From Balanoglossus misakiensis (Eukaryota > Animalia > Hemichordata), in the NCBI GenBank assembly GCA_040954595.2, contig CM082580.2:10828390-10892389 (forward strand): 64,000 bases of DNA. The letters run 5' to 3'. Numbering within the stretch: position 1 is the first letter of the stretch; every line of letters begins with the position of its first letter. Under the pieces are notes generated by a model. It did not search any database. It worked only from the letters and a program-made list of their open reading frames with translations, and was not told where the DNA came from. Shown here in pieces: positions 30,277 to 44,602 of this stretch. Made by a program: the position numbers and the translations under genes.

Positions 30277-32921
30277 TCAGAGGTGCGTCTTGACAACTTC
30301 TGTCCTCCATGGTACGACTTCCATTTCTCTAACGAATTCACCATGAGGTTGTCCGACCTTTGGTGGGAGTAATGCAAGGTACACTGGAGTCTTGGCTCCT
30401 TCTTCGGGCGATTTAAAACTCGGATTCCAATTGGTCATGTCAGTGGAGACCAATCCTGGACAACACTGTGGAGATGTGGGACATGGAACAATGAGTCTAG
30501 GCGTTTCGGACGTGCACGGGCATTATCTAACACCTTCTTAAAATATTTCAACTATGAATCAAAACCCTCAGTTTACATTTTACGGTTGGCTTAATATTAA
30601 CCATCCATCTTAAGAGCGAATGTGCGTACTTGCTAGGTTTGTCGTATACCTCGATACACGTCATTGCATATGTGGTTAGACCATTGTGTATCATCATCGT
30701 GTGAAGATAAGATTCAGCCGCATTTGGCTGTAATCATTTTAAAGATATTTACCTGCATTTGATGACACAAGTAAAAATATATTTTATGTCTGATCCTACG
30801 TACCGCATTGACGAGTATGTCTTCTCTTGGGTCGGCGTCGAACATCAGTGCTTGGACTGAAGTCAATGCAACCATACCAAGTTTGGAAATCCCATATGCC
30901 GAATTGGACCATCCCCTCTTTTGATGATTGCCAGCATGGACGTCACTGGCACGACCAACCCACCAATCAATAAACAACAGTGTGGGATAAGTTAAAATCT
31001 AATTGCAAAATAAATTGTTCTCTTGATACGGCAATGTCGCGAACATTATATATGTAACCTCTGTCATCGAACACAATTGCTTACTTTTCTTTTCTGTAGA
31101 ACAGTTTATGAACCTTCGAAGTTTAGCTAGTGAAGTGTAGAATCTGTATTTAAAATACTTCTATATTTTATTAGGCAAGCAGTGTCCTGCTTGCTTTCAT
31201 ACCCGTTTCCTCGAGGCCTCTCATGTCGATATAGGTTACCCCATATACCGGTATAGATGCTCACCTCACAAACTGGTTCATCAGTGCAATCACATCCGAT
31301 TCTGTCAGACTTGGAGACTTGAACCTATTGCACAATGCTTGGTTCATATCTGCAAGGGTTGCTGGGCCACTGATGCTACTTATGTTCACAACTCTGACAA
31401 TGAAAAAATGACCAAAAGTAGTTATTCATGATTGATGCGATGTGTTCTATGGCTGTACATTCGCGGGCGCGTAGTGAGTGAGCGCAGTGGAACAGATTAC
31501 TCCGCATCACAAGTGAAAATAACTTGTGTACGGCGCATATTGCGAGCAGAGGCCATGCCTTGTTTTCCCTTAAAAGTATACGAAAATTGAAGTTCTGGTC
31601 ATGGAGTCTTGATTTTCAGTACATGTACAGTGATGCGGCCCCGATGATGCGATGCTGAGACGATCCTTGATTGGCCAAATAACGCAACGATTGTTATGCA
31701 AAATAGGGTCATAGGTTAAAAATCTCCCGAATCGTTTGACACAGAGTCGCGGTAGATCGCATCGTTAATACGAGAAATATATGATAAACGCGAGTTTTTT
31801 TGTAAGTTTGGAGATTCCCATACACTCACGATCATTTGTCTTCTGTCGGCAGCTTATAGAATGTACACAACGTTTATTCAGGCCTGGCGATCATCATGCA
31901 CAAAGAAAGTAGTTCCGAGTCGTCTTTTACAGAAAGAAAGTAGTTCCGAGTTGTCTTATTTATAGGCCTTCATAGCAACGTTAAGACAGAACCCACCTTG
32001 AATTAGAAAATCTGGACAACTCACCTGCTGTGTGGTCTGAGCAATGGAAATAAACCATGACATACGTCCAATGTTCCAAAGAAGTTACAAGCGACACTAA
32101 CTTCAGCTTGCTCAGAGAAGGGTACTGTGCTATTTACCTGTTTGAAGACGAAAACAGAAATTCACGATTTCGCCTGTTTTGTATTTTAATAAAATGTGTA
32201 TTCGTTGTATTTGGGCAGACAGGCAGCTACACACAAATTGGTAGGACTCGAACCCACAGTGCAGTGTACTGTTACCATGGCATCCAATCGCTTATCAAAG
32301 GCAGTCAGAATGACTCAGCTATATCGCCATCCCTAAAAAGAGATGGTCAGCACCCACGCAGCACGATGATTTTAAGCTGCCGCGTTAGAAATTACCCTGT
32401 ACACGTGTCACTCAGGCTGACATATTATCAAACTGACATAGTTCGTGTCGGACAGAGTAAACGAATTTACCTTATAAGCAATTCCAGCATTATTGATCAA
32501 TACATCCAGACCACCATAATTATTTTCCAAGAAGTTCTTGAGTTTGTCAATGCTTTCTTTAGAAGTGATATCCAGCTGATAAAACTTCGGGTGCAAGTTT
32601 TCATTTTCTAACTCTTTGACAGCTTGCTTGCCTCGTTCTTCATCTCTTGCAGTCAGATACACATCGCCCTTGAAAACTTTGCACAGCGCCCTTACTATTG
32701 CAAAGCCAATACCCTTGTTCGAACCAGTTACCTGGGACAGAAGACAAGACCAGATTATAGTGTAAATACATCCTGAGGGAACCTGCGGTTGCTGGCCTTC
32801 GCACAGCTCTGAATCTGTAGCAGTACTCCCAAGTTCTAAACCATTGAATCAGGCTTTAGTGAGAACACAATACATGTACATATAAACACGAGTTACTTAC
32901 CACTGCTACTCGTCTTGACAT
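30277..32921 (-). CDS. CBR1: Carbonyl reductase [NADPH] 1-like SDR, copy 1
   Basis: Exons 32921-32901, 32731-32471, 32137-32025, 31393-31265, 30945-30804, 30465-30277. Motifs VAVVTGSNKGIG, VYLTARDEERG, YGGLDVLINNAGIAYK, RVVNISS, SAYGISK (YxxxK), NACCPGLVSTDM, YLALLPP..PHGEF. Confidence 0.9.
32246..32325 (-). mobile_element. Possible tRNA-derived SINE head fragment in CBR copy 1 intron 2
   Basis: The minus strand has a B-box-like GGGTTCGAGTCC with an A-box-like TAGCTGAGTC about 60 nt upstream. No cloverleaf is evident. Confidence 0.3.
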
Positions 32922-33607
32922 CGCGAGATAACTTGCTTAGTCAAATCTATAAAATAGTGAAAATGTAAATGTGGAAAAAGCTACAGGACTATACATCTAA
33001 TGCATTGTCAGTATCTTCGGTCTGGCAGGTTGGCGATTTTTTTTGCAGATCCTTGTCAATACATGTAACAGCAAATTTGCCTAAAGACATTTTTACTTCC
33101 GTAAATACTACATCAATGTTGATGAAACTTGCTGTCGCATCAAACATCTAAAGCACAAATAAAATAAAACGCATGTACCTGTAAAATGACAGAATCTTCG
33201 CTGTTAGAAAATCCTAGAGTGGCAATGCAGACGTCCGCATGTATGGTAATGATACAATGAAATACACAGAATTGTGTGTATGATAATGATAATAATGAGT
33301 AAATTCACAGAATCTACGGTTGTTCATTGGAAGTATACAGGGTTATATCTGAATATATTGCTGACATCATGATGATAGCAGGCAATCCAGCAGACAAATG
33401 GAAAGGGTTCATTTCATAACTGTAGTAAGTTTATTTCTGTATAATATGAGTCAAAGGCTTTTACATGTCTACATCTTCAAATGGCCAAGACGTGAATGGC
33501 ATGAATGCAGTAATTAAATCTACATATCATACTTCTAATATAAAGCAACAAGTGATTTTGGAAAATAGTGTTGTCTGTCTGCAGTATAGCACATGACACA
33601 AGACGCC

Positions 33608-35779
33608 TTAGAAGTGTAATCCAGCTGCTTCTGTTCTCCATGGAATGACCTTCTTTTCGGCCAGAAATTCACCATGAGGTTGTCCAACATTTGGTGGAAG
33701 TAATGCCAGGTACACTTGAGTCTGGGCTGCTTCATCAGGAGGTATGTAATTTGGATTGTTGCTGCTCATGTCTGTTTTGACCAATCCTGGACAGCACTGG
33801 AAGTGTAGAACATGAAACACTGAATATAGAGAGCTTGTGATTTTGTTGTAGAAGTACACTGCCTCATCCTTTCAACACCAACTCGAAGTATTTCCATAAC
33901 ATATTGGATGGTACATTCCTGCATACGTATTGGCGTCCAGAAAATCTGATAACTACAACTACTTACTACATTGATGAGTACGTCTTCTCTTGGGTCGGAG
34001 TCAATCTCCCTGGCTTGTGCGTGAGTCAATGCGATCACACCAAGTTTGGAAGTTCCATAGGCCATGTCGCACCACCCCTTCTCTTGATGATTGCCAGCTT
34101 TGACATCACTGAACAAGGAAGAGTGTATCGGTTATAAACAACATGGAACAATACATAAATAGTTCTTGAAAGCATGGAAATGATCGATCTGTGCTGTGGT
34201 ATATGACACATATAAATGAAAAAATGTTCACCAGTAATTTGAATATTGAAGTTGACTCAGCATTTGCCCTGGCATTTTAAATGCGATTTGTTATAAATCA
34301 ACAAGAAAATATCTTTATCCAAAATAAGAAAAAAGGCCGATTTTGTCTGATTGATGGTCATGAGAGCACAGATGCCTGAAGATGTCGAAATGGCCTCTGT
34401 AGAGAGGACATTCAAAATCTTCAGTGGCAAACTCATGACATTTCTCCTTACACTCACCTCACAAACTGGTTCATCAGTTTAATCACATCTGATTCTGTCA
34501 GACTTGGTGATTTGAACTGAGCACACAATTCCTGGCTTAGTTTACTACAGGTAATTGAACCGCCCCTGGTAGCTACATTCACAACTCTAGAAGAAAGAGA
34601 ACGATTGTATATTATCATAGATCTAGATTCGTGGGCCTGTCTAAGCACACTCACAACCGGGTAGTTTTTTTTTACGTATCTCTCCCAGCCTGGTTGCCCA
34701 AATAAGGTCATCAGCTCCCATTTCTGAACTATTTTCATTCTTATTGCTATGGTCACATTCGTAAACACGTCAGCCCAAGACGCTTACCCATCTTCCAGTA
34801 CCTTGATTGTACAGGAAAAGCTGGCAACAATGGCAATCTTTTCTGTTCAACACTGACTGGGTTCTAACTCACCTGCTGTGTGGTCTGAGCAGCGGAAATA
34901 AAGCGTGACATACGTCCAATGTTCCAAAGAAGTTACATTGAACACTAACTTCAGCCTGCTCAGACAATGGAGCGGTGCTATCTTTCTGTTTGAAAAAAAG
35001 AAACATCAGATGTGCTGAAAATTTGAAGGAAGATGTGCACTCTAAAAGAACACTACCTCTTTGCATTGGAAACAGGCAGAAACTCCGTGAAAGGCAAATA
35101 GCAGCTGTATATGCAAATCTATGCAAAGTATCTAACTCTAAGTACAACATTTTACTTCACCTTGTAAGCAATACCAGCATTGTTGACCAATATATCCAGA
35201 CCACCGTAATTCTTTTCCAAGAAGTTCCTGATTTTGCCAGTGCTTTCTTTGGAAGTGATATCCAGCTGATGAAACTTGGGGTGCAAATTTTCATTTTCTA
35301 AATCTTTGACAGCTTGCTTGCCTCGTTCTTCATCTCTCGCAGTCAGATACACATCGCCCTTGAAAACTTTGCACAGCGCCCTCACCGTTTCAAAGCCAAT
35401 GCCTTTGTTTGAACCAGTCACCTTCAACATGGAACAGACCATATAATTTTAGGATGTCTAGGGGGCATTTTGAAATGCATTCAGATCATGTCCATGCCTG
35501 CAAGGATTGCCAACAACCACATATGCCATAATCGCCATTTTTTTCACTTATGTTGATTTCTAACATCGAATCATTGTGGGTGTGGTATTTACTGTATGAA
35601 GTACTGTACTCTGTATGCAGCAACCGACCTGCAATTAAGTAAACACAGTCACGTGGGAAGTGAATTGTATTTTCAAGGCGATCCCCTATGACCCCTTATG
35701 ACACAGAAAAGGGACTTTTTCCCACGTGACTGTGAAAGTAGATATACAGGTTACTTACCACTGCTACTTTTGTTGACAT
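33608..35779 (-). CDS. CBR1: Carbonyl reductase [NADPH] 1-like SDR, copy 2
   Basis: Exons 35779-35759, 35421-35161, 34985-34873, 34586-34458, 34108-33967, 33796-33608. Same intron positions as copy 1. Motifs TGSNKGIG, NNAGIAYK, MAYGTSK, CCPGLVKTDM. Confidence 0.9.
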
Positions 35780-38004
35780 GATTGGTTGGTTTCCTCAGTC
35801 AATACACAGAAATCTGCAAGAGCACACAATCTCGTTACGTTGTAGTTGGGTCGATCACACCATGGAGGTACTAGTACCTCCATATGGGATCACACCCTAC
35901 AGCCCTTCGTACAGGTCTGTGTGTTCCCGGAACACCGGCGTGGAGGCCGTGTTAACGCCGGGAACACGCAGACGTGTACCCAGGACTTATACGCTACCGT
36001 GCGATTTGTGATCTAACACGATCCGCACGGATACATTCAAATCAAGCAAAAAAGAAAATGACTTTACCACATTACATCACTGATGTAAAATTAGGTCGAT
36101 CGCACTTCAGACAGCTGAGTTTGGCGTATCATGCAGCGCCCCCATTGGACGAGCTCTGAAAGGGGGGGGGGTTCTCACGATTTATTTTATCACTCACACT
36201 TTGAAATGCTATTTGTAAACTCTGCCGTGACAATTAGAACTGAGATAATAAATGGCGACGCATATGCATTCAAAATACATTTTATTCAGTTGCAGTTCAA
36301 GCAGAAATCCGTAATTTCTTTATACACAGTCTAAAACAAAAATACTGGAAGTTAGATTTTCCTTCAGACAGGTTCTATCAAGCAAAGTTACACATCTGCA
36401 ACTATTTCCAGCTGCTCAGGATAAATGAAAATCTCTGCTATTAGACCCATGCTTAGTTATACCTGTACTGACGTGTCACAGCTAAGACTCAAGCCAATTT
36501 CCAATTTGTAGTCAACCTCAAGTCTCTCAATAATACCACATGATCACTTTTCTTATCATTTCCCACCAAGATAGGTAGAACAGTTTTTACACGTACGAAT
36601 AAAGTGCACCTCCTTCAAATAAGTCTCTTTTGGTCCAAAAATAAAGTCACGTCTATAATTGTGGAAAAATACAGTATGGTGAAAAGTTTGATTTGATTGT
36701 CCAGTTTCAAGAGTGGTGCCTGCTTAACCTTTTCACCACTATGGTTCAGTGGGGGTGGTGGTGATGATGATGGTGATTATGATGATGATAATGATGGTAG
36801 TGATGTTTATTCATTAAGTATACCCATACGGTGGCCTCCCCTCAAATTTTCATTGTGATTTACATAGCTTGGCAAGATTGCAGCATTAGAAATATTATTT
36901 CATATATTTCAAAAACACACACACACACACCAAAATAATTATTATAGCATAAATCTAGGTATATTTTTATATAGGCCATTCCAATAGAGAAATCTTGTCT
37001 AGAAATGAAAAAAATAAGTTTTGAAAGTATTAAGTGATCTATATGTAAATGTCAATCACACAAGTGATCAACCTGGTTGGTCACAGCTGCCTTCTATCCG
37101 ACACTTGACTCAAGCATCAACCAATCGAACTTTTGAGAAACCCAAGTTTAAAATGCCCAACTACAATGTGAATTCACACAAGATAAATGACATGAATACT
37201 GACCAGAATGGAATATTCCCAAAACACTAAAGCTATAATGTCTCCCAAAATGAAGGTGCACGCTTTTATCAACCAGAAAGTCTTTGCAGTCAGCATGAAA
37301 ACTATATGGCTAGCTACTCTAAGGTGTGATTTCAGGCAAACCTATCCAGTGGTTACTGTCATCCCACTTATGCAGTTTCACAAAATGCTAATAAATATAT
37401 ATGACAAACGACTTAAAGTTACACGGTCACCTAAACAAATTTGGCCACAGTTACCACGGAAAGTGAAGATCCAGCCAATCACAGATTTTCACTCGAGTGT
37501 CCCTTTGAAGAAAAGAACATCACAACATAATCGTTAGACTCAGATATGCCCTTTGACCTATAAAACGAAAATCAGCTCACTGGCATGCAGAAATGTAAAT
37601 AAATCTAAGTTTTGCCTTGCTTTTCCAATCTGTTATTAAATTTGTAAATTCATCATATTATTTTTTTAAAATTGGAGACATTATAGCTTTAAATCCCCTC
37701 TTTGTTTTTTTTCACCTATTGGTGATTCAAAATAGTGTAACTGCATGTACCGGTACAAGTCACTAAGAAATTAAAGATATCTAAATAAATACTGAACTGA
37801 ATATGTGGTGACTATTAGGCAAAACTAAGTGAACAAAGTTAAACATCAAAATCTGCTAACATAGATGTTTCAGTTTTTCTGTAAACAGGATTGTAATCCA
37901 AGCTTGTGGGGGGAATTTCAGAGTAACTTTTGAAGACCTTCAAATAATATCTTTCCTGCGCTGTCCAACTTCCATGAAAGACAATGGTAATCGTGAAAAC
38001 TGTC

Positions 38005-41000
38005 TTATAAGAGGACACCATCACAAAACGTACATCGCTGTTGTAGAAGTTCACTAAGACCATCACAATCTGAAAAATGAAATACAGAGCAATGTGAAAG
38101 TTGTAGTTAAACTTGATACATCCACACTTGATCAAAATCTGTACAATGTTCTCCATATGGCCGGGTTTTGATCGAATATCACCCTCGTTAAAATTAAAAG
38201 AGCATTCTATACAGTTTGTTCAATGTTGATATTACTGGTGATCTCTGCTAAATTGTCTGAATACACTCCATCATGAACTCACCATCGATGTTTTCTATAT
38301 TGACAGCTTTGGATCCGCAATGTCGGCATTTTCTGTACGGTAGTTTGACGCATATCCTCAGGGTCAGACAGCACCTTCCTACAGAGAACATTAATTGCAT
38401 CAATCAAGAGACTGTTTTTGCTTTGAAAAATGAATGTGGCTGTTGGTTGAGGTTCATGTATCTATGTGAACAGTCAGAGATCTGAAAAATTCTAACTCTG
38501 AAGTGCCTGAGTCCGAGGTTATCGTTCACCCACCCCCACACACGTGCACCCAGACACACACTACAAAAGTCCATTTGTGAATACCTACCCCAACTGTGAC
38601 CTACAGCACAAGAAGCAGTCCTCACCCCAGAGGATGATAACTGTATTCAAAGTTACGGAAACTCAAACAATGTGAAATTCTGTTGATAAGAATTCCTCCT
38701 GATGTACTGATTACATGTAATCAATATACTGTATCATTTCACAAGCTCAGCAATGTACATGTAAAGGATATTGCCAAAGCACAAGGTGCACATTTCCCTG
38801 CCCGTGGCTTCATCTGGCTTGTCACCAAGGCAACTGTAAATTGAAGAGATTAGTTGCTTGGCATCTTCTTTGAAGTTATGGTGCAACCAATCTACCATCG
38901 TCAGCAGAGTTGTCTTTTCTGAAAGAAAAGAAGTTCTAACATTTTATCTTTACTGGTCATCAAGAATGATTGAAACACATAAAAGTCTTTAAGATATTTC
39001 CTTATCTCACTAAAAGTACAAGGTAGTTATTCATATGGATTGGAAGCACAAAAGTTCTTAGACAATCAGTCGCAGTAAGATGAAAGTATGAAAACTCAGG
39101 ACATTTATTTGAACAATCAAATTGTCTGAATTGTAAAAATGTCATCACCTGTGTCAGTTAGCTTCAGACTGTTACTCATTCCTTGGTTCAAATTCTCCAA
39201 TTGTCTCATGACATGACGTTTCATTATTTGCTTTTCAACCGATGTAACCTCTTCATTCTGAAGAGAAAAAAGTTATTGTCAGAAACAAACTGGCATGTCG
39301 AAGTTGGTCAGTTGAAGTTGGGATTGTCTTTTTTTACACTCTGAAACGAAAACACTTCTGTGATAGATTCTGTGGTTGTGAATAACTTTAATTGAAAACT
39401 CGAAACCAAGAAGTTCAGTTTTCTTGCCAAACGCTTTTCCTGTCTTCTTGTGGCCTCGTCTTTCGTCTGTGTGTCTTCCAGATCCATGCGTATGCTCTTT
39501 GGGACGGTGGCCTGCTCTATCAGACTGAGCTGTAACTTCAGGACAAACAGCCGCATTTTCAGCATGGCTATTTCGTCTGATTCGGACGCAGTGTCAATGA
39601 ACTGTTGCAGAGCCCCTGTGGGAACAGACTCCACTGTCATCTTCTGTCGTATCAGTTCCAGAGAATCCATATGATACGACAAGTTGCCTGTAGAGAATTT
39701 TACAGAAAATAAATAAATTTCACTAATACCATGGAATTTTGCAAGAGCACAAAATATCTGCAGATTTGATAAATGGAAATATCAAAGTCCTACCATCAAT
39801 GGACTGCATCTCTTCTAACACCTGCTCTATACTTTTCATTTCCAAAAATCGGACCTCCAGCAGATCTTTACCAGTGAAGTACTTGGTTTCACTGTTCAAA
39901 GAGGAAAGGACAAAAAATGTAAAATGGTCTGAACTGATTTTGAACATTTTATACACTACACAACAAAATTTAAAATTTGCCTTGTCTCACGTTGCTATGT
40001 CTTTGAATGTAACCACCCCCTCCACCTGACCTCCCCCTAAAAATGGTGCTTTTAACTTCAAATTATGGCTTAGGTTACTCACCAGGCCAACACAGCAGCA
40101 AACGTGATATTTGGTGACAATATCACAGCATAATATTTAGTTGCTGTCGACTCACTAGACACAAACAGTCCAACAGATTCTGTCTCCAATGCTATTGCTG
40201 TAAAGACACAAATATGTTCGAGTAAGTCTCTTCTACCCTTAAAAAATAAATCTCATTCTTCAAAAACTAAAATTGAAACAAATTTTTTTATATTCTTACA
40301 ATTATTCTTAACATTCACTGTAGTTTTGTAGATTGTTCCATCCACACTACTTGACAAGCCAAGTCCTTGTTGTATGGTCAGACCTGAATGGGAAGAAATG
40401 AATAATATAAAATCATGTCCAGAGATATTTCTGTTGACATCTTTGATAAGATTTCGACTTCTGCATTGTGCAGTTCAGTGACTTATTTGCAAAAGATACA
40501 AGTTTGACACAAACACAAAAAAATTTTTCAGGTGTATAAGTAAACATAATACAAAGGTTTTCTAACTGACCTGTGATGGAAATTGGATGGACAGAGTACG
40601 GCTGACATTTATCGATCACTTCTATTCCTGTTTTGGTCCCCTTTACTAAGAAGACCACGAGGTGAGGTCCCTTTGTGACAAGGAGGATGTTTACATCATT
40701 CTCTGCCTGTGAAATGAAAACACTTCTTGAAAAACACTTCAAACTCAAAGGTGTTTGAACTAAAGATATTGCACACCAGTGTATTCAAGACATTGACGGC
40801 TACTGCCCTTTATATGAGCCTTCCCTGTCATTACATACCTTGTACTGCCAGGTTATTCTGTCGGGAGACAACAAGTCCCTGTCTTTCCAAATCATCAGAG
40901 AGCTTCTGACCACAGCCTTGTCCTTGACATTGAGATCCCAGACGCACACCTGGCCTGATGTGTCGCCTGCAGCCAACAGACCTGTCAATCATCCAAAACC

Positions 41001-44000
41001 AACCAATCATGTAGTCAGTTTCTTGTTTTGATTTCCTAAAGTGTAACAAAATTTCCCAGTATTTCATAGAGAGTTTATTGTATTTCATCATACTTGTCAC
41101 ACATAGGTGTGTGGTGATTTGATGACGTATCAAAATTTAGAAATCTTCACGACTTTACCGTGATTTGCTGTTGATGCATTGTAATTATCACGATGACACC
41201 ACGATATTGCTGACGGTGATAAAAAGTTACTGTTGATGGTCGCGTAAAGGCTGATAGAATTTCTGTCAAAAATAAAAACAAGTAGTGTGTTACTAAAAGC
41301 ATGCACGTAGCTATTTATTCAGGGAGATTTAAGTTTACTCCTTCAACCACTTAACATTGCCCTCAATGGCCATACACACTCAACTTTTGTTTTCATTCAC
41401 CACAAAGCAAAGACTTACTCTGACACGAGAGGAGTTGAGCATTTCCAAATAACTATGTGACCGCTCTTCATGTAAGAGAACAAAAACACAAAACGTTCCG
41501 ATTGTTCTTGCAGTTCCACTTTGCGTTTTTTGGAAACATGGCATCCCTTCTTCCCACCGCGCTTGTCCGTCTGTTCTTTGAACATGTCAGACCACTCCAT
41601 GGCAACGGTCGCCATCATGTATCGTCGCTTCATGTAAAGTTCATAGTCTTTGCACTTTTCCATCTGCGGGACGTGGTCATTGTTCGATGACATGCATTGG
41701 TATTCAAAGTGATTTGCTTTCAGGTTCTTGTGGAGTATTTCAGATAAATCGGCCACCTGGAAAAAAAGGGGGAAAGTGAGATCAGTGAGGTCTTTTTCAC
41801 CGCCAGGCATGATGGTGTGTCACGCTCCAGAGGGTAACAGGTTTTGGGTATACAAGTTGTACATGTATGTGAGTGATGACAAAAACTCAAAGGGTTACTA
41901 TTGGGATGAATCTTACCTGTTTCCACTGATTGGCTCCTGAGTGTCCGTATATTGTTAACCTGTGGTCGAGGGTCAGACAACTGAGAACACATCTGTAAGT
42001 CAAGAAAAGTATTTGTAACGCTTGCTGTGATTGGTCCACACAATTTTGAGATCCAATCAAACTGAATCGATACACACAAAGTTATTGGGAGGCTATGTCC
42101 ACCTTCAGGCTGACCCTAGCCAAGCTGTGTGCATCAGACTACAGTTTCCAGAATTTCACACTGAAACTTGACAGAATCTACCAGGTGCAAAAGAACTGTG
42201 GAGGTCACTGCATCTTTTACCTGCCCAGCTGATCACAATGCAGAGGTGACCATTTCACCATTTTGTAACCAGTGGCAACGTCGACAGCCCTTATTCTCGG
42301 TGTCAGTGTGGGATCGGTCATCATGAAGGATAGAGCTTCTGCAAATGACAAGAAAGAAGGAAATTAGAACTTTTGTTTTCCATGAGTTTTTCTAGAGGTT
42401 TTCCTATTTCCAGGATTCAATGCATTGTACAAATTGTAATTTGACATGTGTGATTTCATTGTATTACTTTGAGTGTACAAGTAATTCTCAGACTGACCAG
42501 ATGGTTGCGTGGTGATCTTCTTCATGACGTCGTCTTCCGTAATCCCAACGTCAAACTCCAATCTTTCTGTTGGTGGTGCGATCACTGACTTTGGCAATGT
42601 AAATGATTTATTGATGTCATTTGGGGAACACTGCACATCCTACAATAAAAAACAACATTCACCCTGTAAGGAGAGTTTCTCTGCGGTATACTGAATTATA
42701 AAAGTGACATTTATTACCTTTTTTTACATTTGAGTAGGATCGAATGTTACATGTACTATGTTGTGGTACAACATGCATTAATTTGCTTTGGCTCAGTTGC
42801 TTTTCACAAACAGGTTGAGTGGCAAGAAGTCCACAAATTTTTAGACAAATTTTGGCCCTTACAGATATATTAATTTAAAAAAACACATAATTTTCAGGCC
42901 CTTTAATGAACAAGCCCAGCCTAATAAGCAACATTCATTAAACCCAGACTTCAGCTTCTCAACAACCAGCACCACTTGACGGAAATCAATCTGGAACAGT
43001 AACCTAGTTAAGTCTGGAATTCCTTCTGCAGGGGCTGGCGACCCCTGGCAACCATTCAAATTTGTTGCCCCATAATGGCTGCAATTTATGCAGGCGATTC
43101 AACGCCACCATGTTAAATCCCTACCCAATAAAATCTGACCCATGAGAGAGAAAAAAAGTCGAATGGTTGCCAAGGGAACATGGCTGCTCTCCCGAGAGAA
43201 CTCTGAGTAGCCTGGCTGCAATCGCTGCGTAATGTTTTGTTGGGGGAAACAGTGCATTTGTCTAAGAATTCCAAGTGAGCAGCCTTTGCTACGTTTAAGA
43301 CTTATAGCGACTGAGAATTTCATTGGAGAAGGTTAATCCAGATTCAGGCTATTAAAGAATAATAAGAGAGTATGTAATTGCAGAAACTCTCTAAACTACT
43401 GTCAACAGGCGAAAACTGCATCAGAGATGAATGTCAAAGAACTAGCATTCCTTTAAAATCAATTAAGAATGCGATCATTTGGTGATTAAGTAAGAACAAG
43501 TTAGTTTGGGAACCATTGGCATGATTACAGTTCAGTAAAATAATTCCCAGGTGCAAGATGGCATGTTAAAGATAAGCCACAATAGGTCAAAGGTCACCCC
43601 CGAAATTTTAAAACAAATTTTGGACTCTCACTGATCCAAGTCCTATGAACTTTATCAATGTGCTTACGAAGCCACATTAATTGATGAAAATGTGCTGCCG
43701 GAAGCGCTTTCAACACACCTCACCATATTCCATGTTCGTGAATAAGGGGGCGTGGCTCAGTTACATGTCCATAACAACCACGCCCCCGGCTGCAAAGCGC
43801 AGATTTTACTCGGCAATTCACCTATGAAGAATCTATGTTACCTTTGCCAACTGACTCTATAATTACTAAGTACATATGGACCGGCACAAAAAATACAATG
43901 AAGTCCTAAACATAATGAAAACAACGCGCCGTGTCATGTAACTGACAGCAGCGTGGGTGTAATGATCGCTCAATCGGCCGTATCTATGTGGTGGTTATGG

Positions 44001-44191
44001 CCACGGGCCGCCAAAACATGCATTTTGACGATCGTAGTTTTCCGTAGTTGAAATTAATGGGTCCTTACCATTACATACACAGATCTGTCGGTAGCTATTG
44101 CGAGTTTGTGTTCTGGAGACCAACAGAGGACCTCTGAGCCGCATATTGAGTAAGAGAGCGGTACAACACAGGTAACGATGGGCGCAGCCAT
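38005..44191 (-). CDS. GTF3C4: General transcription factor IIIC subunit 4 (TFIIIC90)-like, multi-exon
   Basis: Exon 1 (44191-44069) reads MAAPIVTCVVPLSYSICGSEVLCWSPEHKLAIATDRSVYVM. Internal exons give DPTLTP...KWSPLHCDQLG/RCVLSCLTLDHRLTIY...QWKQVADLSEIL. The C-terminal Zn-finger is REMCTLC...CAVGHSWGRCCLTLRIC...CRHC...CTFCDGVLL* (last exon 38069-38005). Not all internal boundaries were traced. Confidence 0.8.
38643..38771 (-). other. AT-AC U12-type (minor spliceosome) intron in GTF3C4
   Basis: Donor ATATCCTTT, branch site TTCCGTAAC about 10 nt before the terminal AC. Removing it restores the reading frame. Confidence 0.8.
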
Positions 44192-44602
44192 CTTGAAAAT
44201 CCCGCCAAGACCCTACCATTATACACAAGGGATGTACTGCCACACGTTACGCTAAATCAGTTTGTGGTTTATTTTGCGTCGCTTCTTGTACAAAAGAAAT
44301 AAGAAAACGTACTACGTTGCACATTTAGCATTTTACAATTGATGAGAGCACATAGCTTGCTTTTCAAAAAGCCAAAAAATAGCCATAATTGTGCAAAGTG
44401 AAATCGCCCGTAACCCTTTAACCTAATTTGACCGTCCTCAGGCCAGGTTCTCACCTAAGACGCTTCTTTTTGTTATGCAAAACTGAAATGGTACACGCCC
44501 ACACTCTGCCGGTAAATCCTAATACTACCTTGCCGGTGTGCTGAAATGGTGTGATTACTTACATTGGGTTTCGCGATCGTGGATAAAACACGAGGTGGCA
44601 GA

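Noticed and set aside
43208-43351. TAGCCTG...CAGGCTA possible MITE in GTF3C4 intron 1
   Set aside because: Only 7-bp termini, which cannot be supported without genome-wide copy data.
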